A stretch of 64,000 nucleotides of DNA from Acidobacteriota bacterium (GTDB lineage Bacteria; Acidobacteriota; B3-B38; Guanabaribacteriales; JAGGZT01): the NCBI GenBank assembly GCA_021161905.1, contig JAGGZT010000004.1:73884-137883 (forward strand). The letters are read 5' to 3'. The notes beneath the pieces are model-generated. The model had not been told where the DNA came from. It did no database searches and saw only the letters and a list, made by a program, of their open reading frames with translations. How positions within the stretch are numbered: position 1 is the stretch's first letter; each line of letters starts with the position of its first letter. Below, piece after piece: positions 9,971 to 19,263 of this stretch. Position numbers and translations under genes: made by a program.

Positions 9971-10268
9971 AACGGGTCATCCGGGTGGAGTTCAAATTGA
10001 GACGCTTCACAAAAAGCTGGGATGGCTTAAACACAACCGAGTAGTGTGAGGGAATCGACTGTCTTTCCCCTGTTTGTGGATTCACCACCTCCCTTTCGTT
10101 CTTCCTTCTTATAAAAAAAACCCCAAAACTGGATATCTTAACCTTCTCCCCCCGTTTCAACCTCATAGCGATTAGGGAGAAAATAAGGTCCACCAGATTA
10201 AGCGCCTCTTTTTTTAAAAGCCCCCCATGCCTGTGATATATCACCTCAGCCAAATCCTTCTTTGTCAT
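9960..10268 (-). CDS. HU/IHF-family DNA-binding protein (integration host factor-like)
   Basis: MTKKDLAEVIY...RLKRGEKVKISSFGVFFIRRKNEREVVNPQTGERQSIP matches the IHF/HU arm motif (GFGxF...R.aRNP.TGe). It overlaps the MerR gene by 11 nt. Confidence 0.85.
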   Translation of the reverse strand: MTKKDLAEVIYHRHGGLLKKEALNLVDLIFSLIAMRLKRGEKVKISSFGVFFIRRKNEREVVNPQTGERQSIPSHYSVVFKPSQLFVKRLNLNSTRMTRYDK

Positions 10269-12550
10269 CGGAACAACTCCACATCCCTCTCCTTAAGCAC
10301 CAGAGGAAGGGTTATCTCGTCACCTGACTTTAACAATATCACCTCGTCCCTCCTCCCCACCCCCTCCTTAACCGCGCTAAGCTGATAAGCTCCTGGAGAG
10401 ACCCCTTTTATAAGGTAATCTCCCTCCTCTGAGGAGAGGGTGGTAGCAACGAGCTTCCCCTCCCGATCGACCAGCTTCACGGTAGCCCCAGAAACAAAGG
10501 TGCCCCTGATAGTCAACACCTTTCCTCTTACTATACCACCTGCTGAACCAAATCTTTTAAAGGGAACCTCGATAAATTTATCCATCCCAGCAAAAACTTC
10601 CACCTCCCTCGTCTCCTCAGTATATCCATCCTTTAAAAAGGAAAGGGAGAATCCCCCTTCGGGAAGCTTCAGGAATTGGAATTTCCCCTCATTGTCGGTG
10701 AAGGTAGCGTCCTCATAGGAAAGGTCCCCTCTACCTTTCAGTATCACAATCACCTCGCCCACTCCTTCCTTGGTCTCATCGTCCAAAACCGCTCCTCGCA
10801 AAACCCCATAGCCGGGAGCGAGCTCGAGCTGTTTCGAAATAATTTTGGAAGCACCAGGAGTGAAGACCGCCCGCGAACGGAAAACCCGCTTATAGCCCTC
10901 TTTTGACGCCTGAAGTATATAATTTCTTCCCCGCTTCAAATCGGAAAACTCAAATTCTCCGTTAGCACCCGTCTTGGTGGTCCTCACTTCCTTGGTGCTC
11001 TCATCTATTAGTTCGATGGTGGCATCGGGAAGGGGGAATTGATTAGTGGTATCGTAAAGTTCCCCAACCACTTTAAATACCGGCTTCTCCAGGATGAGCT
11101 CCACCGAAACTTCCTCTCCCGGACTAATAGCCAGGATTTTCTTCGACTCGCTTCCCGAAAGATAGCCTGAGGCGCGAGCGGCTATAGTGTATGTCCCTGG
11201 GCGAACCTCATCGAAAGAAAAAGAGCCATCAGGAGTACTCCTTACCTCCTTTATCACATAACCCACACCATCGAGGATGTCAACTCGCACCTCGGGAAGA
11301 GGCTCACCAAAATCCGATAAAACCCTTCCTTTGACCTTACCCGGAGCCTTTATCTCAGTTTCAGCAGTAATATCCCCTCTCCCCTTTGAACCAGAAGACC
11401 TCGGCGAAAGCTTTACCGTAGGAGTTTCATCTCCTAAGAGGGCTTCTTCCTCTTCCGCTTCCTCTAAAGAAGTAGAATCGATAGGTTGAGGCACCGCTAA
11501 CGGCTTTCTCCTTGCGGAGTAAAACCTTAAGACCCAGTAAGTGGCAAGACCAGCAGCACCAGCCAACCCTATGATTAAGAGGATACCCATTAGCTTGCCA
11601 AATATCAGAGACTTAACCCTAAGCTCGAAGACAACTACCTTGAACCCCCCATTAAGCGCCTCCTCAGGTAGAGCTATCTTCCTTCCCGTCTCATCCCAAC
11701 AGGGAGAGCCCGGATTGGTATTGCTTACCTCCGATATCTCCCGCACAATGTTGCCCTCAGCATCCATAACATATAAACTCACTAACGCCCATTCCTTCTT
11801 GGCACAATAGGCTATAAGATTACCATCGGGAGAATAGGAGAAGGAGATAAGACCCGGGATCTTTCTCACCAGCCTGATGTCACTACCGTTAAAATTCATC
11901 TGGTAGATCCCAAGGTCGTTGTAAAGACCAGAGATAAAAGCTATTCTACCCAATCTCCTGGGACAACTCGGTGAGGAGGCATAGACTAAATCCGTAAGCT
12001 GGTTAAGCTCGCTTCCATCCCGGTTCACTATAAAAATCTGCCGATCCTTAACAAATACCAATCGCCTCCCTTCTGGGGTCCAGGCTGGCTCGGTTCCTCC
12101 TTTAGTGTTAGGAAGAGGAAACCTCTCTCCATCAGGCAGGGAAAAGATAACCAAATCGCTATCCTCATTTAAGAAACGAACGCAAACGATAAACTTACCA
12201 TCAGGCGAGAACCTGGGGAAGCTATATCTGACCGGAACCTCTACCTTTCTCCTTCTCCGGAAAAGGACCACCTTCTCCTCATTTGAGTTGGTAAGCCGGC
12301 GAAGGGTATCACCCTTCAGTTCATAGATGAATATATCCTTCCCATTATCAAAGGCGACCGACTTGCCATCGGGAGACCAATCGATATGGGCTATAAGGGA
12401 AATACCCTTGAGCTTCTTGGCGGGAATGAGGTCCATTTGCTCAGATGGCTTCAACCTTTCCAGATCCTTCTTGGAAAGCCCCTGAAACCCAAAGAGGAAA
12501 CACTCAAAGCCAAGAAAAAGGAAGAAGATTGCGAAAGTCTTACCTTTCAC
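10265..12550 (-). CDS. Membrane protein: signal peptide, TolB-like WD40/PD40 beta-propeller, a single TM helix, an acidic linker, and four tandem CarboxypepD_reg-like (transthyretin-fold) domains
   Basis: 761 aa. N-terminal signal sequence. PD40-like repeats (DWSPDGKSVAF, FSPDGKFIV, SYSPDGNLIAY). TM LMGILLIIGLAGAAGLATYWVLRFY. Then four ~85 aa repeats of type GRVLSDFGEPLPEVRVDIL...TPDGSFSFDEVRPGTYTIAARASGY. Overlaps the IHF-like gene by 4 nt. Confidence 0.7.
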   Translation of the reverse strand: MKGKTFAIFFLFLGFECFLFGFQGLSKKDLERLKPSEQMDLIPAKKLKGISLIAHIDWSPDGKSVAFDNGKDIFIYELKGDTLRRLTNSNEEKVVLFRRRRKVEVPVRYSFPRFSPDGKFIVCVRFLNEDSDLVIFSLPDGERFPLPNTKGGTEPAWTPEGRRLVFVKDRQIFIVNRDGSELNQLTDLVYASSPSCPRRLGRIAFISGLYNDLGIYQMNFNGSDIRLVRKIPGLISFSYSPDGNLIAYCAKKEWALVSLYVMDAEGNIVREISEVSNTNPGSPCWDETGRKIALPEEALNGGFKVVVFELRVKSLIFGKLMGILLIIGLAGAAGLATYWVLRFYSARRKPLAVPQPIDSTSLEEAEEEEALLGDETPTVKLSPRSSGSKGRGDITAETEIKAPGKVKGRVLSDFGEPLPEVRVDILDGVGYVIKEVRSTPDGSFSFDEVRPGTYTIAARASGYLSGSESKKILAISPGEEVSVELILEKPVFKVVGELYDTTNQFPLPDATIELIDESTKEVRTTKTGANGEFEFSDLKRGRNYILQASKEGYKRVFRSRAVFTPGASKIISKQLELAPGYGVLRGAVLDDETKEGVGEVIVILKGRGDLSYEDATFTDNEGKFQFLKLPEGGFSLSFLKDGYTEETREVEVFAGMDKFIEVPFKRFGSAGGIVRGKVLTIRGTFVSGATVKLVDREGKLVATTLSSEEGDYLIKGVSPGAYQLSAVKEGVGRRDEVILLKSGDEITLPLVLKERDVELFR

Positions 12551-12567
12551 CTTTATTTCTCAGGTTA

Positions 12568-13602
12568 TTATTTTTTTGTGATCTTTATCTCGAGGTTCAA
12601 TTTAAGGCGAACGAGTTCAACATCCTTATCAACGGTGATAGAAACGGGAAGGGAGATTTCCTTCTCTTCAATTTTGGCAGCTTTCGGCTTCTTCAGGGAC
12701 GGTGTCCCCCTCTTCTCAGTCTTATCAGCAACGATGGAGGAAGCCTTCCTTTCAGAAGAAACAAAATCACTCTCGGTGATTATCTCATCACCTATATCAA
12801 GATCTCCTGCCTGAATTTCGTAAAAATCCTCCACCTCATCGACCTTATTCGCGCTAACCTTTACTCTTTTTACACTCACCTCCTGAATAATCTCCGAAAG
12901 ATCTCCCTCCCTTTCCTCAAGTGTCTTCGGAGGAGTAGTAGCAATAGCCTCCGGTGGGGAGGTAGCCAACACCTCGTGCGACTCCTTAATTGCAGAAGTA
13001 TCTATCTCCTCCCCTCCGTACTCCTGCGATATCCTGGTGAGAACCAACCTCGCTACCTCTCTAAGAGATTCATAAACCCCCACCCCCCTTATCGCTATCC
13101 CCTCGAAATAAGGGGCACCGTATTTGTTCAACATCGTATTGATATCGGAGACAGGCATAATGTTCGGCAGGTCCCGTTTATTATACTGAACCACATGGGG
13201 AATGTCTCTGAGCCTCCTTCCCTGCTCCTTCAAGTTCTTCTCCAAATTGTCCCAGCTCTCCAGATTCGCCTCAAGCATCTCCTTCTGAGAATCGGCAACG
13301 AAAACCAATCCATCGACACCTTGAAGTACCAACTTCCTGGTGCTGTTATAAAAGACCTGCCCCGGAACGGTGTAAAGCTGGATTCTGATGTGCATCCCTT
13401 TTATTGTTCCAAGCTCGATGGGAAGGAAGTCAAAAAAGAGGGTCCTATCATCGGCAGTAGTCAGGGATATCATCTTCCCCTTGTTCCCCTGGGGAAGGCT
13501 GTTGTAGATGTACTGGAGATTGGTAGTCTTACCACTAAGGCCCGGTCCATAATAGACTATCTTAGCGGTTATCTCCTTGGTAGCATAATTGAAGAATACC
13601 AA
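12568..13602 (-). CDS. mglA: MglA-family Ras-like small GTPase with a ~150 aa acidic C-terminal extension
   Basis: The first ~195 aa align residue-by-residue with Myxococcus MglA: KIVYYGPGLSGKTTNLQYIY, TADDRTLFFDFLP, the MglA-specific LYTVPGQVFY G3 motif, and VQYNKRDLP (NKxD). The C-terminal extension (~150 aa, acidic then lysine-rich) has no recognisable domain. Confidence 0.85.
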   Translation of the reverse strand: MVFFNYATKEITAKIVYYGPGLSGKTTNLQYIYNSLPQGNKGKMISLTTADDRTLFFDFLPIELGTIKGMHIRIQLYTVPGQVFYNSTRKLVLQGVDGLVFVADSQKEMLEANLESWDNLEKNLKEQGRRLRDIPHVVQYNKRDLPNIMPVSDINTMLNKYGAPYFEGIAIRGVGVYESLREVARLVLTRISQEYGGEEIDTSAIKESHEVLATSPPEAIATTPPKTLEEREGDLSEIIQEVSVKRVKVSANKVDEVEDFYEIQAGDLDIGDEIITESDFVSSERKASSIVADKTEKRGTPSLKKPKAAKIEEKEISLPVSITVDKDVELVRLKLNLEIKITKK

Positions 13603-13682
13603 CTCTTTCTCTCCTCTTAAAACTACCGTATTTTTTAAAAGTTTACCACAAGAGAGGAGGAGGCGTCAATCAAATTAGCTTC

Positions 13683-14993
13683 CTACTCGCTCTTTCTAAG
13701 CTTTATCACCAGCGGCGTCCCGGTGAAATCAAACGCCTCGCGGAACCTGTTCTTCAGATAACGAAGATAATTCTTGGAGATCCGATCCGGATCGTTAACG
13801 AAGAGGACAAAAGTAGGCGGGCTAACCGAAACCTGGGTACCATAATAGATCTTAGGAAACCCCTTCCTGGACGCCGGAGGACGATATCGAGAAATAATCC
13901 CTCTTAAGAACTGATTCAAAACACCGGTGGGTATCCTTCTTCTCCTATTTTCTGCCACCTTCTCCGCTGCCTCAACCGCTCGGTAAACGCCCCTTCCCTC
14001 TTTCGCTGAAATGAAGAGGATGGGCGAATAGTCAATCGGTTTAAGCCTTTCCTTGATCCTCGCCCGATATGCCTCTTCCAGCCCCTTCCTTTTCGGAAGG
14101 AGATCCCACTTATTCATCGCTATCACCAGTCCCACTCCAGCACTATGAGTGAAATGAGCGATAGCGACATCTTGGCTGGTGATTCCTTCCTCAGCATCAA
14201 GAAGAAGAATAGCCACCTCCGCTCGCTCGAGACTCCCTCGTGCTTTAAGAACACTCACCACTTCGAAACGCTCCTTGATCCTGCTTTTTCTCCTTATCCC
14301 CGCCGTATCGATTATCCGATATCTCTTTCCCTTATAGGAGAAAACCAAATCAACCGCATCGCGTGTAGTTCCCGGCTTTTCATGAACGAGTACCTTCTCC
14401 TCTCCAATAAGTCGGTTGACCAAGGTTGACTTGCCCACATTGGGCCTTCCCACCACCACCAGCTTCGTCTCTTCCTCCGGTTCCTCCTCTTTCGAAACCG
14501 AGGGGATCAAAGAGACCACCCGATCGAGCAACCTCCCTATTCCCCGATTATGCTCCGCGGAGATAGGGATTACCTCGGAGAGTCCAAGTTCATAGAACTG
14601 GTACAGATTGACGAGATGTTTTTCTTCATCGATCTTGTTCACCACCAATATAAAGGGCTTATCGTAGCGACGAATAAGCTGGATCAACTCCTCATCCAGT
14701 GGGGAAACCCCGGTCTTGGCGTCAACCACAAAAAGGAGGACATCCGCCTCCTCTACAACTGAGAGTACCCGCTCCCGCACCTTCTCGAAAAGAGAATCAT
14801 CAGTGAAAAGATCAAGGCCTCCGGTATCGATGAGATTGAACCTCTTACCCTCCCACTCCACCTCCGAGATAAGACAATCCCGGGTGATACCCGGGGTGGG
14901 ATCTACAATAGCCCGCCTGCTCCGGGTAATCCGGTTAAATAGGGTTGATTTACCCACATTGGGCCTTCCCAGTATCACTACCTGCGGATACAT
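13683..14993 (-). CDS. der: Ribosome-associated GTPase Der (EngA), tandem GTPase domains plus KH-like C-terminus
   Basis: Two P-loops (GRPNVGKSTLFNR and GRPNVGKSTLVNR) and two DTxG/NKxD sets; 436 aa. Confidence 0.95.
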   Translation of the reverse strand: MYPQVVILGRPNVGKSTLFNRITRSRRAIVDPTPGITRDCLISEVEWEGKRFNLIDTGGLDLFTDDSLFEKVRERVLSVVEEADVLLFVVDAKTGVSPLDEELIQLIRRYDKPFILVVNKIDEEKHLVNLYQFYELGLSEVIPISAEHNRGIGRLLDRVVSLIPSVSKEEEPEEETKLVVVGRPNVGKSTLVNRLIGEEKVLVHEKPGTTRDAVDLVFSYKGKRYRIIDTAGIRRKSRIKERFEVVSVLKARGSLERAEVAILLLDAEEGITSQDVAIAHFTHSAGVGLVIAMNKWDLLPKRKGLEEAYRARIKERLKPIDYSPILFISAKEGRGVYRAVEAAEKVAENRRRRIPTGVLNQFLRGIISRYRPPASRKGFPKIYYGTQVSVSPPTFVLFVNDPDRISKNYLRYLKNRFREAFDFTGTPLVIKLRKSE

Positions 14994-15104
14994 CTTCCTC
15001 CTCGGAAATTGCCCCTACCTTATACCACATACCAGAAACGGATTCAAGGAAACCTCCTTGACCTCAAGGGAAAATGAGGATATCTTAAACCGAAGAGGAA
15101 AAAG

Positions 15105-16052
15105 ATGGAGGAAAAACCTTATTTCTATCACGAACTAACCGAAGAAGGGGAAAAAATACTCCTCAGAAAAAGGAGAAAAAAGATATGGTTGAACCTCCTT
15201 CTATTTCTTCTCACCTTGGGGACAACCCTCTTCGTGGGAATACTAAACTATCTCGCCTTCGAGGAGGTGGACTTAGGAAGGAGTGGGTTGATAGGAAACC
15301 TCCTCAGCCATCCAGAAGTTATCCTTAAAGGTCTTTATTTTGCGGGAACTATTATGGCGATTCTCCTCGCCCATGAATCGGGACACTACTTAGCCTGTCG
15401 TTATTACGGGATAGATGCCACCCTTCCCTACTTCATCCCCGCTCCTACTATCGTCGGGACCTTCGGCGCCTTTATAAAGATCCGATCCCCCATCGTAAAC
15501 AGACGAGCGCTTTTTGATATTGGGATAGCTGGTCCCCTGTCTGGCTTCCTCCTCGCCCTTCCTACCCTATACTATGGCCTTCGGCTCTCCCGAGTGATCC
15601 CCATAGCTGTTACCCATCAGGGACTGTACTTCGAGATCGGTGAACCATTGCTCTTCAAGATAATGGAACATCTATTCCTTCCCCCTATTCCTGACGGTTT
15701 CGACCTTCTACTCCATCCGATGGCTTTTGCCGGCTGGTTTGGGTGTTTGGTTACCGCTTACAATCTTTTTCCGGTGAGCCAGCTCGATGGAGGACATATC
15801 GCCTACTCCATCTTTCGCAAGGCTTATTCAAAGATATCCGGTCTCGTTTTCTTGGCTATTCTCAGTTTGGGGATAGTATATCGTTTTTACGGCTGGTTCT
15901 TTTGGGCGGTTCTCATCCTCATTCTCGGATTTCGCCATCCACCAACCCTGGATGACGATATAGAACTGGGAAGGAACAGATTAATCCTTGGCTTTATCGC
16001 CCTCGCCATCTTTGTCCTCACCTTTACCCCGGTGCCGATTAAACTTCGCTAA
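15105..16052 (+). CDS. Site-2 protease family (M50) membrane metalloprotease
   Basis: HESGHYLACRYYG (HExxH) sits in a TM helix. A second motif region FFWAVLILILGFRHPPTLDD follows. Multiple TM segments. Confidence 0.75.
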   Translation: MEEKPYFYHELTEEGEKILLRKRRKKIWLNLLLFLLTLGTTLFVGILNYLAFEEVDLGRSGLIGNLLSHPEVILKGLYFAGTIMAILLAHESGHYLACRYYGIDATLPYFIPAPTIVGTFGAFIKIRSPIVNRRALFDIGIAGPLSGFLLALPTLYYGLRLSRVIPIAVTHQGLYFEIGEPLLFKIMEHLFLPPIPDGFDLLLHPMAFAGWFGCLVTAYNLFPVSQLDGGHIAYSIFRKAYSKISGLVFLAILSLGIVYRFYGWFFWAVLILILGFRHPPTLDDDIELGRNRLILGFIALAIFVLTFTPVPIKLR

Positions 16053-17173
16053 TTCTTAAGGAGTTTTTTAGCAAACCAACCCTCGACCACCTCTATCGCC
16101 CCTTCAGGGCATACCTCCTGACAGCAAAAACAGCTGATGCATTTACGGTAATCAATGACTATCCTTCCCTCCTCCTCTCGTGCCGCCTTCGGGGGGCAAA
16201 CAGAGACACACTGACTGCAAAGCACACATTGTTCCTCGTTCACTACTGGTCGAGGAGAGAGGTTTTTTCTAAAAAGGCGGGTAAAAAGCGAAAGGAGCCC
16301 GCTTCTTACAGATGAGACCCGAGGCATCTTAAAGTCGGAGAGAAGGAAACCAGAAGGATCATCCCCTACAAGCTCCAAATCTTTTGGGTCAAATAGATGC
16401 CTCCTCTTGGCTTCAAATAGGTGAGGTAGAGTATCAGGGGAGACCCCTAAGAGAGAGGTGATGGCAAAATCTATTGCCAACGGATCCTTCCCCACCATCA
16501 CGAAGCCAAGTTTCCGGGGAGTTCCCCCACTTCCTGGACCATCCCCCTCTAAACCAACAACGCCATCAACAATAGTAAGCGCAGGCTTTATCGCCAAGTA
16601 GAGATCAAGTAGCATCAAGGCGAAAAAATGGGGGTTATTTCCTGCCCTCAGATGCCACTGCGCCTTCCTCCTACCCACTATACAGCCAAAGAGGTTCTTC
16701 ACCGCCAAAGTAAGACCCATCAGGTTGTGGGTCTTCACCTTGGGAAGGTTTATTATCACATCGGCTTCTACCACCTCCTTTGCTATTTCTATCCTCTTGA
16801 AGGTAGCGGAAGGGGGCGGAGTAATGGAAACCGATTGAGAAAAGGGAACAAGCTCCGCCCCCGTCTTATCCGCTACTTCGGTAATCCCTGCCACCTCGGC
16901 TACCTTCGCTAAATCGCTCAGCGCCGGACTGTCGCCTATCAAGGGCTCCCCTCCAGCTCGAATTACCATTCGCGCTACCGCTTCTACCACCGCAGGATGA
17001 GTGGTGATCGCCTTCTCCTTAGGATTTGGAGAAAGGAGGTTCGGTTTGAGAAGAACCCTGCTTCCTCGGGGGATGAATCGCTCGATCCCTCCAATCAAGG
17101 AAAGGGCTTTTTCTATCCCTTCCTCTACCTCTCCATAAGAGGAGACCCGAGAAAGTGCAACCTTCTCCTTCAT
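16049..17173 (-). CDS. DUF362 domain protein with C-terminal 2x[4Fe-4S] ferredoxin domain
   Basis: The N-terminal 300 aa match the DUF362 pattern (VLLKPNLLSP...). The C-terminus carries CVLCSQCVSVCPP and CISCFCCQEVCPEGA cluster motifs. Confidence 0.65.
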   Translation of the reverse strand: MKEKVALSRVSSYGEVEEGIEKALSLIGGIERFIPRGSRVLLKPNLLSPNPKEKAITTHPAVVEAVARMVIRAGGEPLIGDSPALSDLAKVAEVAGITEVADKTGAELVPFSQSVSITPPPSATFKRIEIAKEVVEADVIINLPKVKTHNLMGLTLAVKNLFGCIVGRRKAQWHLRAGNNPHFFALMLLDLYLAIKPALTIVDGVVGLEGDGPGSGGTPRKLGFVMVGKDPLAIDFAITSLLGVSPDTLPHLFEAKRRHLFDPKDLELVGDDPSGFLLSDFKMPRVSSVRSGLLSLFTRLFRKNLSPRPVVNEEQCVLCSQCVSVCPPKAAREEEGRIVIDYRKCISCFCCQEVCPEGAIEVVEGWFAKKLLKN

Positions 17174-18103
17174 CTACCTCTTAATGTTCTTCAAGTACTT
17201 GAGGTAATCGCTCTTGGTGGTGAGGATGATCATGGTCTTTCCCTTCAAGGTTTTCCGATAGCTCTCTAATGTCCTCAAGAATGAGTAGAACTCAGGATCC
17301 CGATTGTAGGCTTGGGCATATATCTTGGTCGCCTCGGCATCCGCTTTACCCATTATCTCCTGAGCTTTACGGTAAGCCTCAGAGGTAATCCGCTTCAGTT
17401 CCTTCTCCTTTTCACCCTGGATCTCCGCAACCTTCCCCTGCCCCTCAGAACGATACCGCTCGGCGATCCGCTTCCTTTCAGATATCATCCGCTCATACAC
17501 CTTCCGCCGTACATCCTCGATGTAGTTTATCCGCTTGATACGAACATCGACCAACTTAATCCCATACTGGGGCATAATCTGAGAGGCGTTCTTAAGTATA
17601 GTTTCGCAGATCTTCTCTCTTCCCTCGAAGATCTTAACCGCAACTTCTTCTCTTAGTTCTCCCTCCTCGGTGATTAAGGGGCGATTGCTATTCCTCACCA
17701 CCTCGATAAGGAGATGAGAGGTCACCGCATCCCGCACCGCGGCATCGATTATATCGTCGAGCCTCGCCTGAGCCCCATCCTCGTCCCCCACTGACTGGAG
17801 AAAGCGAAGGGGATCCACTATCTTCCACCTGGCGAAGGTATCGACCCAGATATACTTCTTATCCTTGGTCGGGATCTGATTAGCCTCCCCATCCCACTCG
17901 AGTAGCCTTTTCTCAAAGTAGTTCGCCCGCTGGATAAAGGGGATCTTGAAGTGGAGCCCCGGTTCGGTGATCGCCCCTCCTACTGGACGGCCAAATTGAG
18001 TGATCACTACTTGCTCCATCTCATTTACGGTGTAAATGGAGGAACTGAGAACAATCAGCCCCAAGAGGGCGAAAATGATCAACGCGATGTGACGCCCTTT
18101 CAT
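17174..18103 (-). CDS. hflC: SPFH/band-7 protein HflC
   Basis: N-terminal TM then SPFH domain (YTVNEMEQVVITQFGRP). Located downstream of hflK with a 4-nt overlap. Confidence 0.85.
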   Translation of the reverse strand: MKGRHIALIIFALLGLIVLSSSIYTVNEMEQVVITQFGRPVGGAITEPGLHFKIPFIQRANYFEKRLLEWDGEANQIPTKDKKYIWVDTFARWKIVDPLRFLQSVGDEDGAQARLDDIIDAAVRDAVTSHLLIEVVRNSNRPLITEEGELREEVAVKIFEGREKICETILKNASQIMPQYGIKLVDVRIKRINYIEDVRRKVYERMISERKRIAERYRSEGQGKVAEIQGEKEKELKRITSEAYRKAQEIMGKADAEATKIYAQAYNRDPEFYSFLRTLESYRKTLKGKTMIILTTKSDYLKYLKNIKR

Positions 18104-19083
18104 TTCTTCTCCTCCTTAAGGTTGAGGAAGGGAAGGAGCCCCTTCTGATCAACATCGATTATATACTTTCTCTGAATAGTGGGGAGAACATCGCGCATCA
18201 TCTCGATATAGAGCCTTCTCTTGGTAACATCCTTTGCTTTCTGGTACTCCTGCCATAAGGCAATAAACCGATTTGCATCACCCTTCGCTCGGTTGACTCG
18301 GTTTATGGCATACCCTTCTGCTGCGCGAATCGTCTTTTCGGCCTCACCCTTTGCCCTGGGGATCACCCTGTTGTACTCCGCCCAAGCTTGGTTTATCATC
18401 CGCTCCATCTCCTGCCTCGCCTCGTTCACCTCGTTAAACGCCGGTTTCACCGGATCCGGAGGATCTACCCCCTGGAGCTTCACGGTAACTATTTTCACTC
18501 CGACTTTGTACTTATCGAGGAGGCGCTGCATTATCCTTTCAACCTCATTGCCTATCTCCACCCTACCTACGGTCAAAACATCGCTTATACTCCTATCCCC
18601 CACCACCTGACGCATAGCAGCTTCGGATACATTCCTAATGGTATTTCTCACATTCCGCACATTGAAGAGATAGGCGCGGGCATCCTTCACCTTGTACTGG
18701 ACAATCCATTCCACCTCGGCAGCGTTCAGGTCACCGGTCAACATCAAGGACTCATCAAGGAATTTCTTCTCCGCATATCGCGTCTTAACACCGGGTGCCA
18801 AGGTGCGAAAACCAAACTCCTCCTTGAAGATGTGCTTCACCTTAACTCGGTATAACTTCTCGATAGAGAAAGGTAACTTGACATGAAGCCCAGGCTGAGT
18901 GGTGCGGACATACCTCCCAAAACGAAGAATGACCCCCACTTCATCTGGCCTAACCGCGTAAAGGGTGGAGAAAACGATGTAGAGCCCCAATATCACCCAA
19001 AAAATCCACAGCCACCCTTTCCGCCAAAAGGCGGAACCCAAGGGACGCCTCAGGTCCACCACATCCTTAAAGTTTTTATTCAT
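18100..19083 (-). CDS. hflK: SPFH/band-7 protein HflK
   Basis: TM segment then SPFH domain (VRPDEVGVILRFGRYV...). Coiled-coil C-terminus. Part of the hflK-hflC pair. Confidence 0.85.
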   Translation of the reverse strand: MNKNFKDVVDLRRPLGSAFWRKGWLWIFWVILGLYIVFSTLYAVRPDEVGVILRFGRYVRTTQPGLHVKLPFSIEKLYRVKVKHIFKEEFGFRTLAPGVKTRYAEKKFLDESLMLTGDLNAAEVEWIVQYKVKDARAYLFNVRNVRNTIRNVSEAAMRQVVGDRSISDVLTVGRVEIGNEVERIMQRLLDKYKVGVKIVTVKLQGVDPPDPVKPAFNEVNEARQEMERMINQAWAEYNRVIPRAKGEAEKTIRAAEGYAINRVNRAKGDANRFIALWQEYQKAKDVTKRRLYIEMMRDVLPTIQRKYIIDVDQKGLLPFLNLKEEKK

Positions 19084-19263
19084 TTACCCCTCCTTAGATA
19101 TTCCTTTATTTTTCAGAATGTTAGCAAACTGAACAAAGCCTTGTGCAATTTGCTTTTATCCTCCTTTCTTCCGAGAGATACATCTGAAATCCACTCGCTT
19201 TTCCACAAATTGTTCCACAATTTTTGTGGAAAGAATCTTCATTATAATTATGCAAAAGAAAGA

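Noticed and set aside
9471-10000. Track ORFs 9471-9761 (+) and 9488-10000 (+)
   Set aside because: Both run across the tRNA-Pro(GGG) gene and lie antisense to the well-supported MerR/IHF genes. Their products are low-complexity. I treat them as spurious.
12445-13620. 391-aa + strand ORF opposite the mglA-like gene
   Set aside because: Antisense shadow ORF. The minus frame matches MglA residue-by-residue.
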